IMG/VR virus record: IMGVR_UViG_3300021399_000008 | Coordinates: 52,329 to 116,328 of that record | Strand: one strand, 5' to 3' | DNA: 64,000 nucleotides | From: a virus | Lineage: Duplodnaviria; Caudoviricetes | Translations under genes and position numbers: made by a program | Part shown: positions 31,603-44,700 of the stretch, in pieces | How positions within the stretch are numbered: position 1 is the first letter of the stretch | Layout: every line of letters starts with the position of its first letter | Notes under the pieces: generated by a model | What the model saw: only the letters and a program-made list of their open reading frames with translations | What the model was told of the DNA's origin: nothing | Database searches by the model: none

Positions 31603-32700
31603 TTAATAGAATGTGGGTTTGTACACAAAATTTAATCTGGTTATGCTCATCTTTGTAACAGGACGGATCGAGAGTTCATTCATTCTGAAGATAACGGCCA
31701 TACCTTTAAGATCAGCTGATAGGGAAGTGCCTACCGTGATCTTATTTGTATTTGTGTTAACTGCGGTAATCTTATATCTCGTTCCTCCTGACTGTGCGCA
31801 GATATACTGACCAATCATATCTTCTGAGAGTATCTGGTTATTTACAGATAAGTTATTAGAGTTTTTCGCGCCATTTACGAAGACATTTCGGTAACAGGGA
31901 AATGCCGGGGAGAGCTGGATAAAGCCGAAATCGTGGTATAAAAACCCATAAGTTACTGTAGAACCGTTAGTAACGAACGTCTTACCGTTAAGTCCGTCGC
32001 ACACAATCCACTTTCCGACATTCGTAGTATTCGACTTCGTCCCGCCGATAAACTTCATCTGCTGGCCAGTAGTAAGGTTGTCTATAATAACTCCTGTTCC
32101 AAAGTCTCCTGCGATCTCAACAGCTACATCTGCCCTGGCTGAGCCTGGGTTAAAGAGCTGGAAGGTTTTCTCGGCAGTAACAGGAGAGGAGCTTGTAGCG
32201 AAAGAAGTAGGAAGGTTCCACGAACTTCCTGCCATCATGGCTGAGTTCAGATAGATATCCTTACTGTCAGGATCTGTCGCTTCGATATACATTTTGTCAC
32301 ACCGTGCGAAAGGGTAGTAACAGCGGACTGTCATACTCTAGAGACCGTTCTGAGGATTAGGCAGCATCTGAATAGTAGGAGGAGTAATCACTGTTGCCAT
32401 ATAGTAGTTCCACGGTCTGCGTGAGAAAATAAGTTTCGCTGTTTTACCCGGAGCAAATATCTGGTGGAGTCGGGCCATAAAGCCGTCCTTCACGTTCTGT
32501 CTTTCGAATACACAACGGAGATTGAAATCCTTCGGCTGAAAGGTAAAGCCGTAGTAGTAGCCGCCTTCGTGTCCGTCAAACTTCTGCTCGTGCATAATCG
32601 CCTGAGCAGGACCCCAGACATAGACGTCAGCGTTCTCAGGCACATATGTTAATCCAAGAGAGGCGATATCAATCCCGTCAAAAGTAAAGCCGCCTTTCAT
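31603..32700 (-). CDS. distal tail protein (Dit); TAG at 32338
   Basis: MKGGFTFDGID...KLIFSRRPWNYYMA...NGL*SMTVRCYYPFA; follows the TMP. Confidence 0.8.
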
Positions 32701-32715
32701 ACAATCACCTCTGAC

Positions 32716-32757
32716 AAAAGAATACCCCTGTACTCCTTGTTGAGTGGAGTACAGGGG
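32716..32757 (-). terminator. terminator after the tape measure gene
   Basis: CCCCTGTACTCC/GGAGTACAGGGG. Confidence 0.65.
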
Positions 32758-32767
32758 GAGTGTCTGT

Positions 32768-35700
32768 TTAAATGTTAGAGACACTGAGACCATATCTGGA
32801 GATCTCTTTCACAAGAGCGTTACCGACGTTCCTGGCTACGGTTTCGTAGTCGTCGTCAGTGTTAATCTCTGCTTCATTTATCTCAATATGGATGTCTCCG
32901 ATTGTGACATTCGATTCCGAACCTAAACCAGATATAGCTGCGTTCGTAAGAAGTCTGGGGAGGCTGATGTACTTAGCCATCTCCATCATCTTCGCGAGGT
33001 CTGCGTCCATATCTGTACTGTTCAGGGTCGAAAGAAGATCCCGTGTTTTCGCGATCCTGTCAGCGAAGTAGTCGACTCTGGCTGTGCCGGGAGCATCGAT
33101 AAAGTCGTCGAGAGATTTCGTAGCGTAAGCGTCGAGAATCATCTCGGGATCAGCAGGAGTACCGTCGACACGGATAGCACCCATCCGACTTCTGACCATT
33201 TCGGTAGAAGGGATGTAACCACCTTTAGCCATAGCAGTGTGAGTTACGGAAGCAGGACCCATATAGCCAGTCTTCTGGATAACTCTCTGATTGGCATACA
33301 TCTCGTAGAGTCTGTCGTACCATTCAGAGTCTATGATGTGAACGTCATTATTGTTCGCATACAGACGACGTTTCCTCAGTTTAGCCTCGTTATATTCAAC
33401 TGGACCGTAAACAGCCTGATTCGTTTTGTTATCCCAGAGGTAGTAATACATCTTAGAAGGAGCCGTCTGAGTCTTCGGATTAGGATAAGTTCTCCTCGTC
33501 TGAGTTTGAGTCTTAGGTTTCTGTTCATCCTCGCCAGGCCCAGGTCCGTTGTATGGGATATAATTATCTTCAACAGGCTGATCGTATGTCGTATCGTCGC
33601 CATTACCAGTGCTGTACGTTCCATAGTTACCGCTGTTGTCATCGTAGTGCGTATAAGACGCATCATCCTTCTGACCTTTCAGCCAGCGGTCATACATCTG
33701 GGACCACTCATACTCGTACATCTGTTTCTGATATTCAGAAGCATTCTTGTACGTATCAGTGTTCCTCATGTAGTTCATGAACGTATCGTTACTGGTAAGG
33801 ATACTGGCAACCTCTGTCCAGTACGTATCTGTGATACCCTTCATCTGTTTGTAGGTATCTTCCCAGCTGCGAAGCATCTGGTGTTGCGAATCCTCAAGAC
33901 TCGTAATGTATTCATCGACGTTATTCTTGAGCCACTCAAACAGTTCTTCCTGAGACAGAGCCATAACCTCGTTTACTTCTTCCGCGAAGTTCTGCTCGTT
34001 TGAAAGCATCTCCTGCATATACTCGTCGCCATAAGTAATACGATCTTCATATCCCTGGATCTGGTCTTCAAGAGAAGCCTTCTGAGCAGCTGCCTGTTCG
34101 TCCGCGATATCCCACGCGATTTCCTTTTCGAGAGCCGCGATCTTTTCACGGAGAGCTGCCGCATCTTTGGTACGGGTAGAGTCCATAGAGATAGAGGCAT
34201 ACTGCCGCTGAAGTTCTGCGAGTTCTTCGTACTTATTGGCTTCATCCTCTGCGTTCTTTCTGCGCTGGAGTCGCTCATCGATAAGCTTTGACTCATCGGC
34301 TAAAGCCTGCTTCTTCTTATCGAGGTCGCGTTTAATCAGATCCCACTCGTTCTGGTAGCGTTTCTTTATCGCTTCGAGAACGGTCTTCTCCATTTGAACG
34401 GTAGCATCAGCCATATCCCGTTCTTTCTGTTTCTGGGCTCTGATCTCTTGGTCAACAAGATTCTCAAGGTCAACACGAAGCTTAATAATAGCCTGTCTGT
34501 TTTCCTTGATTTTCCTGTTATTCGCAGCGATAGCGTTATTCGCAGATTCGATAGCTTCTTCATAATTAAGGATTGTTTGATAGAGATTGAACCAGTCATC
34601 TGTACCCTGCTGAGTTACAGCCAGCTGAGCTCTGAGCTGATAAATCATTCCTTCAAGAGAAGCTTTCGTTCTCTCCTGGGCCTGGTTCTCCAGTTCAAGC
34701 ATACGGTTATAGTTCGTAATCTCTTCCTGAGTTTCATAGTACTGTTCCTGACTCTGGATCATCTTGATCTCGTGGTCAAGAAGTTCCTTCTGTCTCTTTA
34801 TAGATTCAAGAAGTTTCTGAGCGGCTGTCTTTTCCTTCTTCTGAGAAGTAGGTTTATTGTAAGTATACTGCTGGTTCTTCTTACCGCCGCCGAGCTGACT
34901 CTTGGATTTGTATATAGAAGTTGTCTGTTGGTTATTATTCTTTTTGTTTTTCTCAGTAACAAGTTGCGTCTTAATGTTTCCGTTCTTGTCCGTAGAGATA
35001 TCCAGTACAAGACTGCCGACAACTCCTTCGTTTTCTGCCAGCTTATCGAGAATTTTCTGCTTGTATTGATCGCAGAATTCCTGAAGGTCAGTAAGGTCGA
35101 TTGTTCCGTCTGCGTTAACGTGCGCTTGGATCCATTCAGCAAGTTCAAGAGGTTTGTCTTTAAAGACATTCATTAGTGCCTCTTCGAACATCAGCCTTGT
35201 AACTTCAGCGTACATTGCATATTTTTCCTGAGCATTCGCCATAGCGGCATCAATAATCTCTTCCAATCCAGCAGCATCTGCGGCTTTAATTCTCTCAATA
35301 TCAACATTACTGAACTGAGAGATAGCTCCGAAGATCTCGTCGGCATGAGCCATCTTCGAAACTTGGGCTCCGCTCTTGCCTCTCACGTCATCCATAGCAA
35401 TAATGAGATCTTTGATACGGGTCATATCGTCTCCCATATCCTCAATTGCTTTGTTTACTTCCGTTTCAGAACCGTGCAGATTTGTAAACACGCTCACAAT
35501 GGAATCAGCCATAGCGTTTCCTTGGACTTCTGCGCTAGCCCAGTCAGATATCATTTCCTGATAGAGTTCCTTTTGTTTATCAGCTGTGAATTCAGTCTCT
35601 CCTGCGAAGTCGCCCATCAGGCTGCTCATAGCTTTGAAAGAACCGTTGAGCTTTGTGATCATAGCATTCATAGCCGGATCAGACATAGCCTTCTGGAATC

Positions 35701-38700
35701 GTTCAGCGTTGTCAGCATCATCTGGATTGAAGATACCCTGACTGAGCTGAGACATAATATCAGACCCGAAGATAGAGTTCATCGTATCTACGCCTCTGCC
35801 AAGCATAAAGTTTTCTCCGCTGATGCTGGACGCAGCTGCCGCAGCGAGATCGTCATTGTTCACATACTGAGATCCCTTAGAGAGAGCTTCAAGAATAGCG
35901 GAAACCATAGAGTCGCTACCTGCTAAACTCTGCACTCCTTCCTATGTCATGCCTTTTTCCTGAAGGAGTCCCATAGCATCGTTGTAAGTTCCTGTACTCT
36001 TGAATGCCTCAATAAGGTCGAACATCGAAGTAAGAGTTGTATCTCTGTTTGCTTGATTCGTGATATAGTCATTAGCAACCTGATCTGCAAGCGAAACGGG
36101 AGTGTACGTGGAAACACCAGCTTCATCGTAGATCGCGTACCTTCTGCGATTCTGATCTAATACACCAGCTTCTCCCTCGGATCCGGCTTCAAGCCTTGGA
36201 GGCGGGATCATATCACCGTTATAGTCAACATTGTGCCTTACACCAAAACTATAGTCGCCAGTTCCAGCTAAACTCGTAGCCATAAGACCTAGAGTGGGAT
36301 CGTTAATCAATCCAGATGTAACCATCTCCTGGATCATCTCAGGAGTGATAATCAGTTTCCCATTGCTCGCATACTGGCTGGCAATCCTGTTATAAAGAGT
36401 AGGATCGGTTTCAAGATCGGCAAGGAACCGCTCACGCATTGTAGCGCCGCCGTAGTTGAGGAATGAATCATCTGCTGATTGATTAAGCAGGTTCAGAAGG
36501 TATCCAATTCCTTCGGCGTCCATCTTCCTGATTTGGTCTACATCGACATTAGATTTAGACGCAAGGAAGTCGGCTTCTGCTTTAGTTAACTCTTCGCCAC
36601 TCTTACCTTCGGCTGAATGTGTGATGTCGCGAATCTTCTCGACATTAGCCATCTCGGTCATGTAATCGCCGAGAGCTGTAATAGCTTCAGCCGCAGAACC
36701 AGAGAGTCCTTTGAGCGTCTCGGAAACTTTATCTATAGACTCGTTGAATTCGTTAGCTCCTTTAACACCGTCGAGAATGAAAGCATTAGCGAGCTTCTTG
36801 ACTTCATCTGTAGAAAGATTGAGACCTTTGCGTACCTTTTCGAGGATGGGTTCAAGTTCAGGGAAAGCTTTCTTTAAAGCTTCGAGCTGACCAGCCCCGC
36901 CTTCTTCAAGATTGAATGCGTTCAGACTAGACTGTCTGTTCTGTTTCCCGAACAAAGAGTTATCGACATTTCCTGTTATCATCTGGCTGAGCCAATTGTT
37001 CCCGAATATCTTAGAAAGCCAAACGTTGTAATCGTTGTTCCCGTACTGGTTCGTTCCAAGAACGGCTGAGTTAAAAGCTTTAACCAGTTCGTCGACAGTC
37101 ACGCTCTTATCTCCGTTGCTGGCAGCAGCAAGGAGATTGGAGAACCCTGTATTCTCTTCCAGGAACTTAGTAGCTAACTCGTTGTTGCTGAAGTATTTTT
37201 GGAAGTACTCAACAATAGCGTCAGTTGTTTTGAGCATTCCGCTATTCATGACGCCGAACATACCTTGCGTCATTTTTGTTGTCCTGTTGGTCTCATCCAT
37301 TGCCTGTTCTCTTGATGTGAATACGTTATCAAGAAGTGATTTACCTTCTCCGAGCGTAATGTCGCCTTCGAGCTTGATAGTGTCTGGCTTGATTACGATA
37401 TTACCGTTTTCCAAAGCAGTCACGAAAGAGAAATTCCCAGAGTAACCGCGAGCTTGTGCTTCGGCAATTATATTCTGCAGATACTGGTTTCCTGTTGCGC
37501 CGGCAAATTGGCTGGCTTGATCAAAAGACATAGTCCCAGTCTTTGCGAAGTTAAGCGAAGTAAGAGTATCCCAGTTCATCAATGAACTCAGATCGGCAAT
37601 AGTCATCGTATCTTTTTTAATAGCTTGCTTTATTGAAACTTTAAGACTTTCGGCTATTACCTTGCCTACGTTACTATTAGCTCCAGAAGAAGCCTCGTCC
37701 GCGATTCCTGTGAATATCAGTTCAATAACATCAGCGCCGAGTTCTTTAATCTGAGCTTCTTTCATTCCAGTGATTTCTTCGATAAGAGCAAGCCCGTCTG
37801 AATCAAGAGCAGAACCAGAACGCCCACGGTTACGAGTGACTATCGAGTTCATATCGGCGTACTTCTGAATATTTCCAAAGACTTCACCCATAGCTGAGAG
37901 CTTAGCCTTTGTTGAACTGGAAGTTAGATTCGAAATCGACTCAACAACTTCTTGAATGTGCTGATTGTATTTGTCAACCGATGTTATACCTTCGGAAATA
38001 AAAGCTTGAGCTAAGGCTAACTGCTGTTCTTTTGTGACGGTTTCACCAGCAGAAAGAGTGTTGAGTACTTCGGTTAACCCTGAATATTTACTTTCAAGCT
38101 GCCCTATAAAATCAAGTATACCCTGATCTTCTGTAGTGCCAAGATAGAAACGTCCTGTATAAGTGCCGCTAAGCATCTCGCTTAACCAGTCCTGGCCAAG
38201 TAACTCGTCCATCATCCTGGAATATTGCTCATGGCTAAATGAGTTACGCCCTGTGGCTGCATCATTCAGTTGACGTCTAAAATCGTCAAAGCTGAAGAAG
38301 GAACTGCCACTCTGCAGAGAATACCACATGTTGAGAAGCGTAGGATTTTGAGAGAGAATAGAAGGTAAATTATCCACAACTTCTCCGTATTCGCTTGTTA
38401 ACCCAGAATTGAAAGAATTGATGTCTGAATAATGTTTAGCTATATTATAGAATTCAAACAACGTGTCAGTAAAAAGAGGGCTTTCAGCGGACTTATTTAA
38501 AACAAGACCTTCTACGGTTTTGCTTGGGTCGTAATACACCTGCTGATTATTTTTATTTTTTATATCGTAAGCAGAGATCCCATTCGTTCTTGCGTAGTTT
38601 AAAGCAGCTTCCTGCGTTTCAAAACCCATCCCGCCAACGTTAAACGCATACGCTGAAGCATCGGCCTGTCCTTGCAGCATAGCAGCACGAGTAGCCGGAT

Positions 38701-41700
38701 CCGCATACCTTAATTGAAGAGCGAAAGTACGCGGCGTATTATACATCTAGTCTGGCAAGTTATCGTAAGATACGCCTTCTCTAAAATGCCCGTTCTCGTC
38801 CCAGATAGCATTTCTTGTGAGGTTTGTCAGTGCGCTGGTTACTACGTCTTTATCTCCAGGAGTGTATGTCGCAACAACGCCTACAGCTTCCTGTATAAGT
38901 TCATCGACAAAGTTTTTCTCAAGAGTAGCCCAGTTATCCTGAAGCTTACTTCTGTGCGTACCCGACACAAAATCAGTTCCAAATGAATCCAATAAGTAAC
39001 CAAACAGGTTACCTATAGCATCATCGGAATTTGCTCCACGGAAAGACTTAAGCCCGTTGTCTAAATCGTCGATAAACATTTCAGCCATCGATTTGTCGCC
39101 TGACACATACGGGGACATGTTCAGTCCAGAAGGCGCTAATTGCAACACTTCATTTAAAGAAGTCTTAACTTGGGATATATAAGATTCTCTATCTGGAGAG
39201 CCTTCGAGGAAGTTTTTGTTTTTAAAGTTAAGCAGAATGTTGCCTAACTTTTTCGCGTCTTCCAAATTGTACCCAACAGAACCTTCAGGAATTAAACCTA
39301 ATGAAGAGTTAAGTATTCCGAATTGAGGGCCATAGTACGATTCGTTTGCTGCATTCTTAAATACTTCTACGCTCGAGTATGTGCGGGACTTCTTTAAATC
39401 ATTTAGTTTGTGACTATACTCCATCCCGAAGTTACTCATAGCCCACTCGTCGGCAAGAGCTAATGCTGTGTCACTTGTAGCCTTATCGAAATCACCTGCT
39501 GATTTCTTTGCTTCGGAAACAATCTTTCGCCATCTCTCAAGAGTGTTTGTTGTAGTGTCGAGATTCTTGTTGAGTGACGGGAGAGCCGTAGTTAAATCTT
39601 TGATATTTTGTTCAAGCTCTTTAGTTTCCTTGGCTGATAACTTGGAACTACCAGAGAAGTCCTTGTATTTATTGGCTAAAACATCAGATTCTTTCAGGTA
39701 CTTTCGAATGGTATCAGATTGCTGATTCCTATTATTTACGTAGGTGTTCAGCTCAGAGATCTTAGTACTAGACTCCGCAGCTCTAGATGAAGATGAGCCA
39801 GACGGGATAGCGCTTCCAAGTAATCCAGCTCCAGCAACAACAGCGCCACCAGCAAGAAGGCCAAGCAAAGTACTAAGAGGACTAGATACGCTATGAACTA
39901 CAGCCATAGCAACGCCGAGAGCAACGACAGCAGTGGTTATTGCTCCGATTGTTCCAATAGCTTTACCACCAAGAGTAAGTACGTTTTTCAAACCGTTCAG
40001 AATAGTTGTTCCTATTTCAATTACGCCAGTTAATACACCATCGTCTTCAAGAGCCAACACAAAACTGTCAAACGTAGATCTGAGTTCCTTCAGCCTTGCG
40101 TTAATTGACTCGATCATAATCTCATACTTGCTCTGCGTGATACCAGAACTGTTCCCAGATAAGCCGAGGTATTTAGCAAATGTCTCTCCGTTATCTTCCG
40201 ACAATCCTTCCATAAGCGTATTAAACATGTTAGCGCTTCTGGTTTGTGCAAGATTAGAAGTAACAGCTGCCTTCTGGACATCAGTCATCGAATTCCACTT
40301 CTGAGCTACTTCAAGAAGGATTTCGCTGGCAGATTTAAACTCGTCCATACCCGCGCCTTTACGCATCTCAATACCAGCAATCTTCAGAGCTTTTTCTACG
40401 TTATTCAGCGTAGTCGTTTCTCCGTTAATCTCCTTAGAGTAACCACTCATGGTAACATTTCTCATTCGGGAGAAGATAGTATTAAGAGCTGTACCGACCT
40501 GCTGACCACTGAGCTGTGTCATAGAGGTCATGACAGTAATCATTGAGTTGAGCTCGTTGTAAGACACGCCAGCAACTTTAGCTGAAGCCGCACACTTCTG
40601 CATAGCTTTCGAGATTTCCTCTGCTGTTGTAGCAGCGGAGTCGCCGAGCGCTACGAGTGCGTCCATAGCCTCTTCAGCGCTTCCGACAAGATTATTCCTT
40701 AAGGCAGTTGTAATAATCTTAGTTGCTGTTGTAGTCTTAATCTGAGCAACAGTTGCGAATTTAACTATAGCATCAGTCTGAGAATCGACTTCAGCGTCAG
40801 AAAGACCTTGACGATAAAGCGCCGAAGTAACATCAGCCACCTCTGATGTAGAAGCTCTAAGGTTAATTGCTTTATTAACCACACCAGTACGAATACTCTG
40901 CATCTCTGCATTTGTTTTCATGGTGATTGCCTGGATCTCAGTCATCGAAGCGTTGTATTCCATCACAAAGCGTTTCGCTTCGTTAATAGCTTGTTGAAAT
41001 AAACGTCTTCCGAACTGCTGAGTTAAACGGCTAACTCCAGCAATAACAGTATTAAGACCAGCGGAAAGTTCAGCATGTGTACCAGTAAGCTTATCAATAG
41101 CTGCTTCATTTTCTTCTATTGCTTTTGTGTATTTCTTGATATCGATCTGAGCTTGCTCGTATCGCTCATCTGTCGCTGAAATACCTTGGAGTCCGATAAC
41201 CTTCTCATTAAGACCTGCGTTTATCTGCTCCAGTTGTTTAGCCTGGGCTTCGTATCGATCAAGCGATTGTCCGTATAAACCAGTACGGCCAGCTGTTTTG
41301 CCGAATCCTAATTTGCGAAGATCGGCATATTTCTCAAGCTCAGAATCTACTTGCCTGTCGTGCTCAGTGCTGAGTAATTTCGCATATTGCTCCGAATCTA
41401 GTTTATCTATAGCGGATTTCTTCGTAGTATACTCGTCTTTCGAAATGCCGCCTGCTTTGTATAACTTCTCAAGATCTTCGTACTGTTTGTTAACGCTGTC
41501 TTTGAAGTTCTTAATAGCCTGTCCGTACTTATGTAACGGGACGTCTGTGCCGTTCTGTTTCGCAAATAGATCAGAGGTTGTTTCATCGAGAGATTCTGCA
41601 TACTCTTTATAGAACTGCTCCCTCTTCTCTTTCATTTCCTTTTCTTTTTCGACGGCTTTCAGGTAAGCAGCTTGGTCTGACGAGCTCTCCCACTCTTCTT

Positions 41701-44700
41701 TTCCATTGATCTTTGCGCCGTTCTTCTTGCTAAAGTATTCAAAACTTAACCCAGCCTGCTGTACTGAATTGGTTACAGCCTCAAGCAGAGAACTTCTATT
41801 TCTGGCATTAACATTTCCTAGAACATTATTATCAAGGAAGTTCGAGGCAGCTATAAAGTCGCCGCTGATAGCATGGTTAAGAGCTTGTTTGTTTGCGAGT
41901 TTCGCGTTAAGGTATTGAGTTTCAAGATCTTTGTAATCCTTTTCGCTAACCTGCTCCTTAAGCCCTTTATAGTTTGTTTTAAACTGTTCCAGCTCGTAAT
42001 CGTAATGAGAGAACCTGCTGATTTTCTTAGCTTCATCGTCTAAGTTCTTATTTTGTTCCTTATTCATTCGCTCGATGAACGAATAGGATTCCTCCATCGC
42101 TCTGTTATATCTATCCTGAATTACGTGAACAGGAAGCCCATCGTAAGAACCAGGACCAGATGAACCAGAAGGAGGATTGTCATCATCATACCTTTTGTTC
42201 TTCCTTTTTTGTTTACGGCTGGATCCTTTATTTTTGCGCTTACCTGTCTGCGGAGGAGGTGTAGATTCTGCAGGAGTTTCTTCTTCCTCATCATCGTTTA
42301 GTCCTTCGACGCCCTCGTATTTAGCGGTCTCTTTTGCGAGAGCCGCACGAACAGAACTGTAGTCTACGGCTTTGCCTTCTTTAATCTGCTCAGTTACGAC
42401 GTTCAGAATCTTCGCTACTTCGTTGTAGTACGCAAGAGCTTTTGCGCCCTGTTCAGCAGTATATGCCTGAGTATCAATCTTAATACCACCATCAGGGTTC
42501 TTCAGATTAAAGTTGAGATAACCAGTAGTAGATGTTTTGGAAGTTCCGTCTTCGTTAAGTCCTTCTCCTCCAAGAAGAACCGTTCGTAATGTTTTCCCGA
42601 ACGAACCTTCGTAAGTGCCCTTATTAGAACGGTCATTCAGAGCTGCGTATAAGATTGCCTGAAGTGGGTTGTGCGCACCGTTTGACTTATAGTCGAGACG
42701 CATAATCTGCCCGTCTTTATTTTGGAGAACTACGTCAGTAGCTGCAGTGGCCTGATCTACGTCGGACGGGAGATCCCAAGCATTCTTATGTCTTTGTTCG
42801 GTAGCTATAACCTTGTAATCCTGAAGCATCCCCATAGACTCAATAAGACGCTCACGGCCAGTCTTAATCAAGTCATCTCTACTACTGTTAAATAATTCCG
42901 GGTGATCTTTTCTCGCCTGAGAGATAAGCTCATCGAACTTAGCCAGACCTGCATCTACAGCTGCCTGTTTCGCTGAATCAGATCCGGCTTCGTTTTTATT
43001 CTGGCTTTCTATCCGTTTATTACCCCATGCTTCCATAGCGTTGTGCATGATGGTTCCGAATTCAGATTCGGTCGTCTTCTCATCGGCGGGTAAAATGCCT
43101 TGGAGCTGAGCTACAAACTTGTTCGGATCACGAATGAAGTTTCCGAGATCTGTAATAGAAAATTTGGTTGTTGTAGCTCTTTTGTTAATGCTGGTATTTG
43201 GATCGTTCTTTATACCTAAAGCTTTACGACGCTCCTCCATTTCATAGAGTCGCTGTCTCTCTGCCTGGTATTCAGGGTTAGCCTCATCTGTGGACCATGC
43301 GGTTGAATGGTATCCATGGTCAAGAATATATTGACCATTCTCGCTGAGTCCTAAATTAGCTTCGGTTAAACCACGCTTCTTCAGAATCGCTAAACTTTCG
43401 GAATACTTTCTCCACTTTGACAACTCGTCAGTGTTATCGGAGTCTGACATCTCGTCGTTATATCTCGACATAAGAGCTTCGAGTTCTGCGACGTCTTCGT
43501 TCGATACGTAGGCAGCTCTACCAGTGTAAAGCTGTTCCATGATGCCGTACCACTTCTGGAGATACTGAGCCTGAGCGGAGTTATTACCTTTACCAAGTTG
43601 ATTCTGAAGAGCTCCAAAGAAAGCTTCGAGGTTTGTGTAGTTTCCTTTTCCTTGCGAACGTTCGGCGTTAGCTGTGAGAATAGACATCATGCCGTTCGTG
43701 TCGTAGATCGTAGGCATAGCACGACCTTCAGCCAGAAGAGTAGCATAATCATAGTCATTATTCTGTACAGCTCCGGTCATCTTTGAAAGAACAGGAGCAA
43801 ACGACTTACCGATTTCTCTTGTCCACGCTTGGTCAAACTGAGAGATTTCAGCGAGATGTTCTTCCTTAATACTGGAAGCCGCATTATACGATTCGCTGTT
43901 TCTGATAGCCATCTCTGCAGCTCGCATAATCTCTTCTTTGTTCTTCTTATTGACGTTGACAATACTTGCGTCTTGCGTGTTCGTTTGAGCCATAACATTT
44001 GTAGCTATTGCGGCTCTGTCGTAGAAAGACTGAACAACATCGTCTCCGACGCTTTTGTATTCATCCGCTTCTGTTTTTACATCTTCGGCTGATTTATCAA
44101 TAGCGCCTTTTTCCTTCTCCATTTTCTTTCTTGCGCTCGATAAAGCTTCAGACCAGAGTTCGTTCATATCGACAACTGCTCTCATAGTTTCGCCAACCAT
44201 AAGAGTCATGAAGTCGCCGTCGAAGTCAGCTGTACCAGACTGATAAACAGAACCTCTGGAGAAATATGATACGTTAGGATCGGCACCAAACTCTTCTAAT
44301 AGCTTGCCCCAGTCCTCTGCTCTTGAGATTCTGGCTTTATAATTTTCTTCTGATTCACCGTTCTGACGTTCAACCCTGAGAACGTTAAGAAGCTCTGTGA
44401 TTTCACCAAGGTTAGAAGGAGTTCTGCCTCCGGCAATATTCTGAGCTTTGATGTTTGTCGCGATCTCGGAGTCTTTCAGAATCGTAGAAAGTCCGAAGCT
44501 GTTAATCTGAGACTTCAGAACATCCTGAGCGTAAGGAAGAAGCATGTTGCCGGGAGACATAGCCGCAAGAGCTAACGTTGTCTGCCCCGGCATGTAGATA
44601 GCACCAGTTGACAGTTTATCGGTAAATGCCTTTCTTGTTGCTTCGATTCTTGCCTGAGCTTCCTGAGACGAAAGCATGTCGTAGTTGCCGTTGCGGATTG

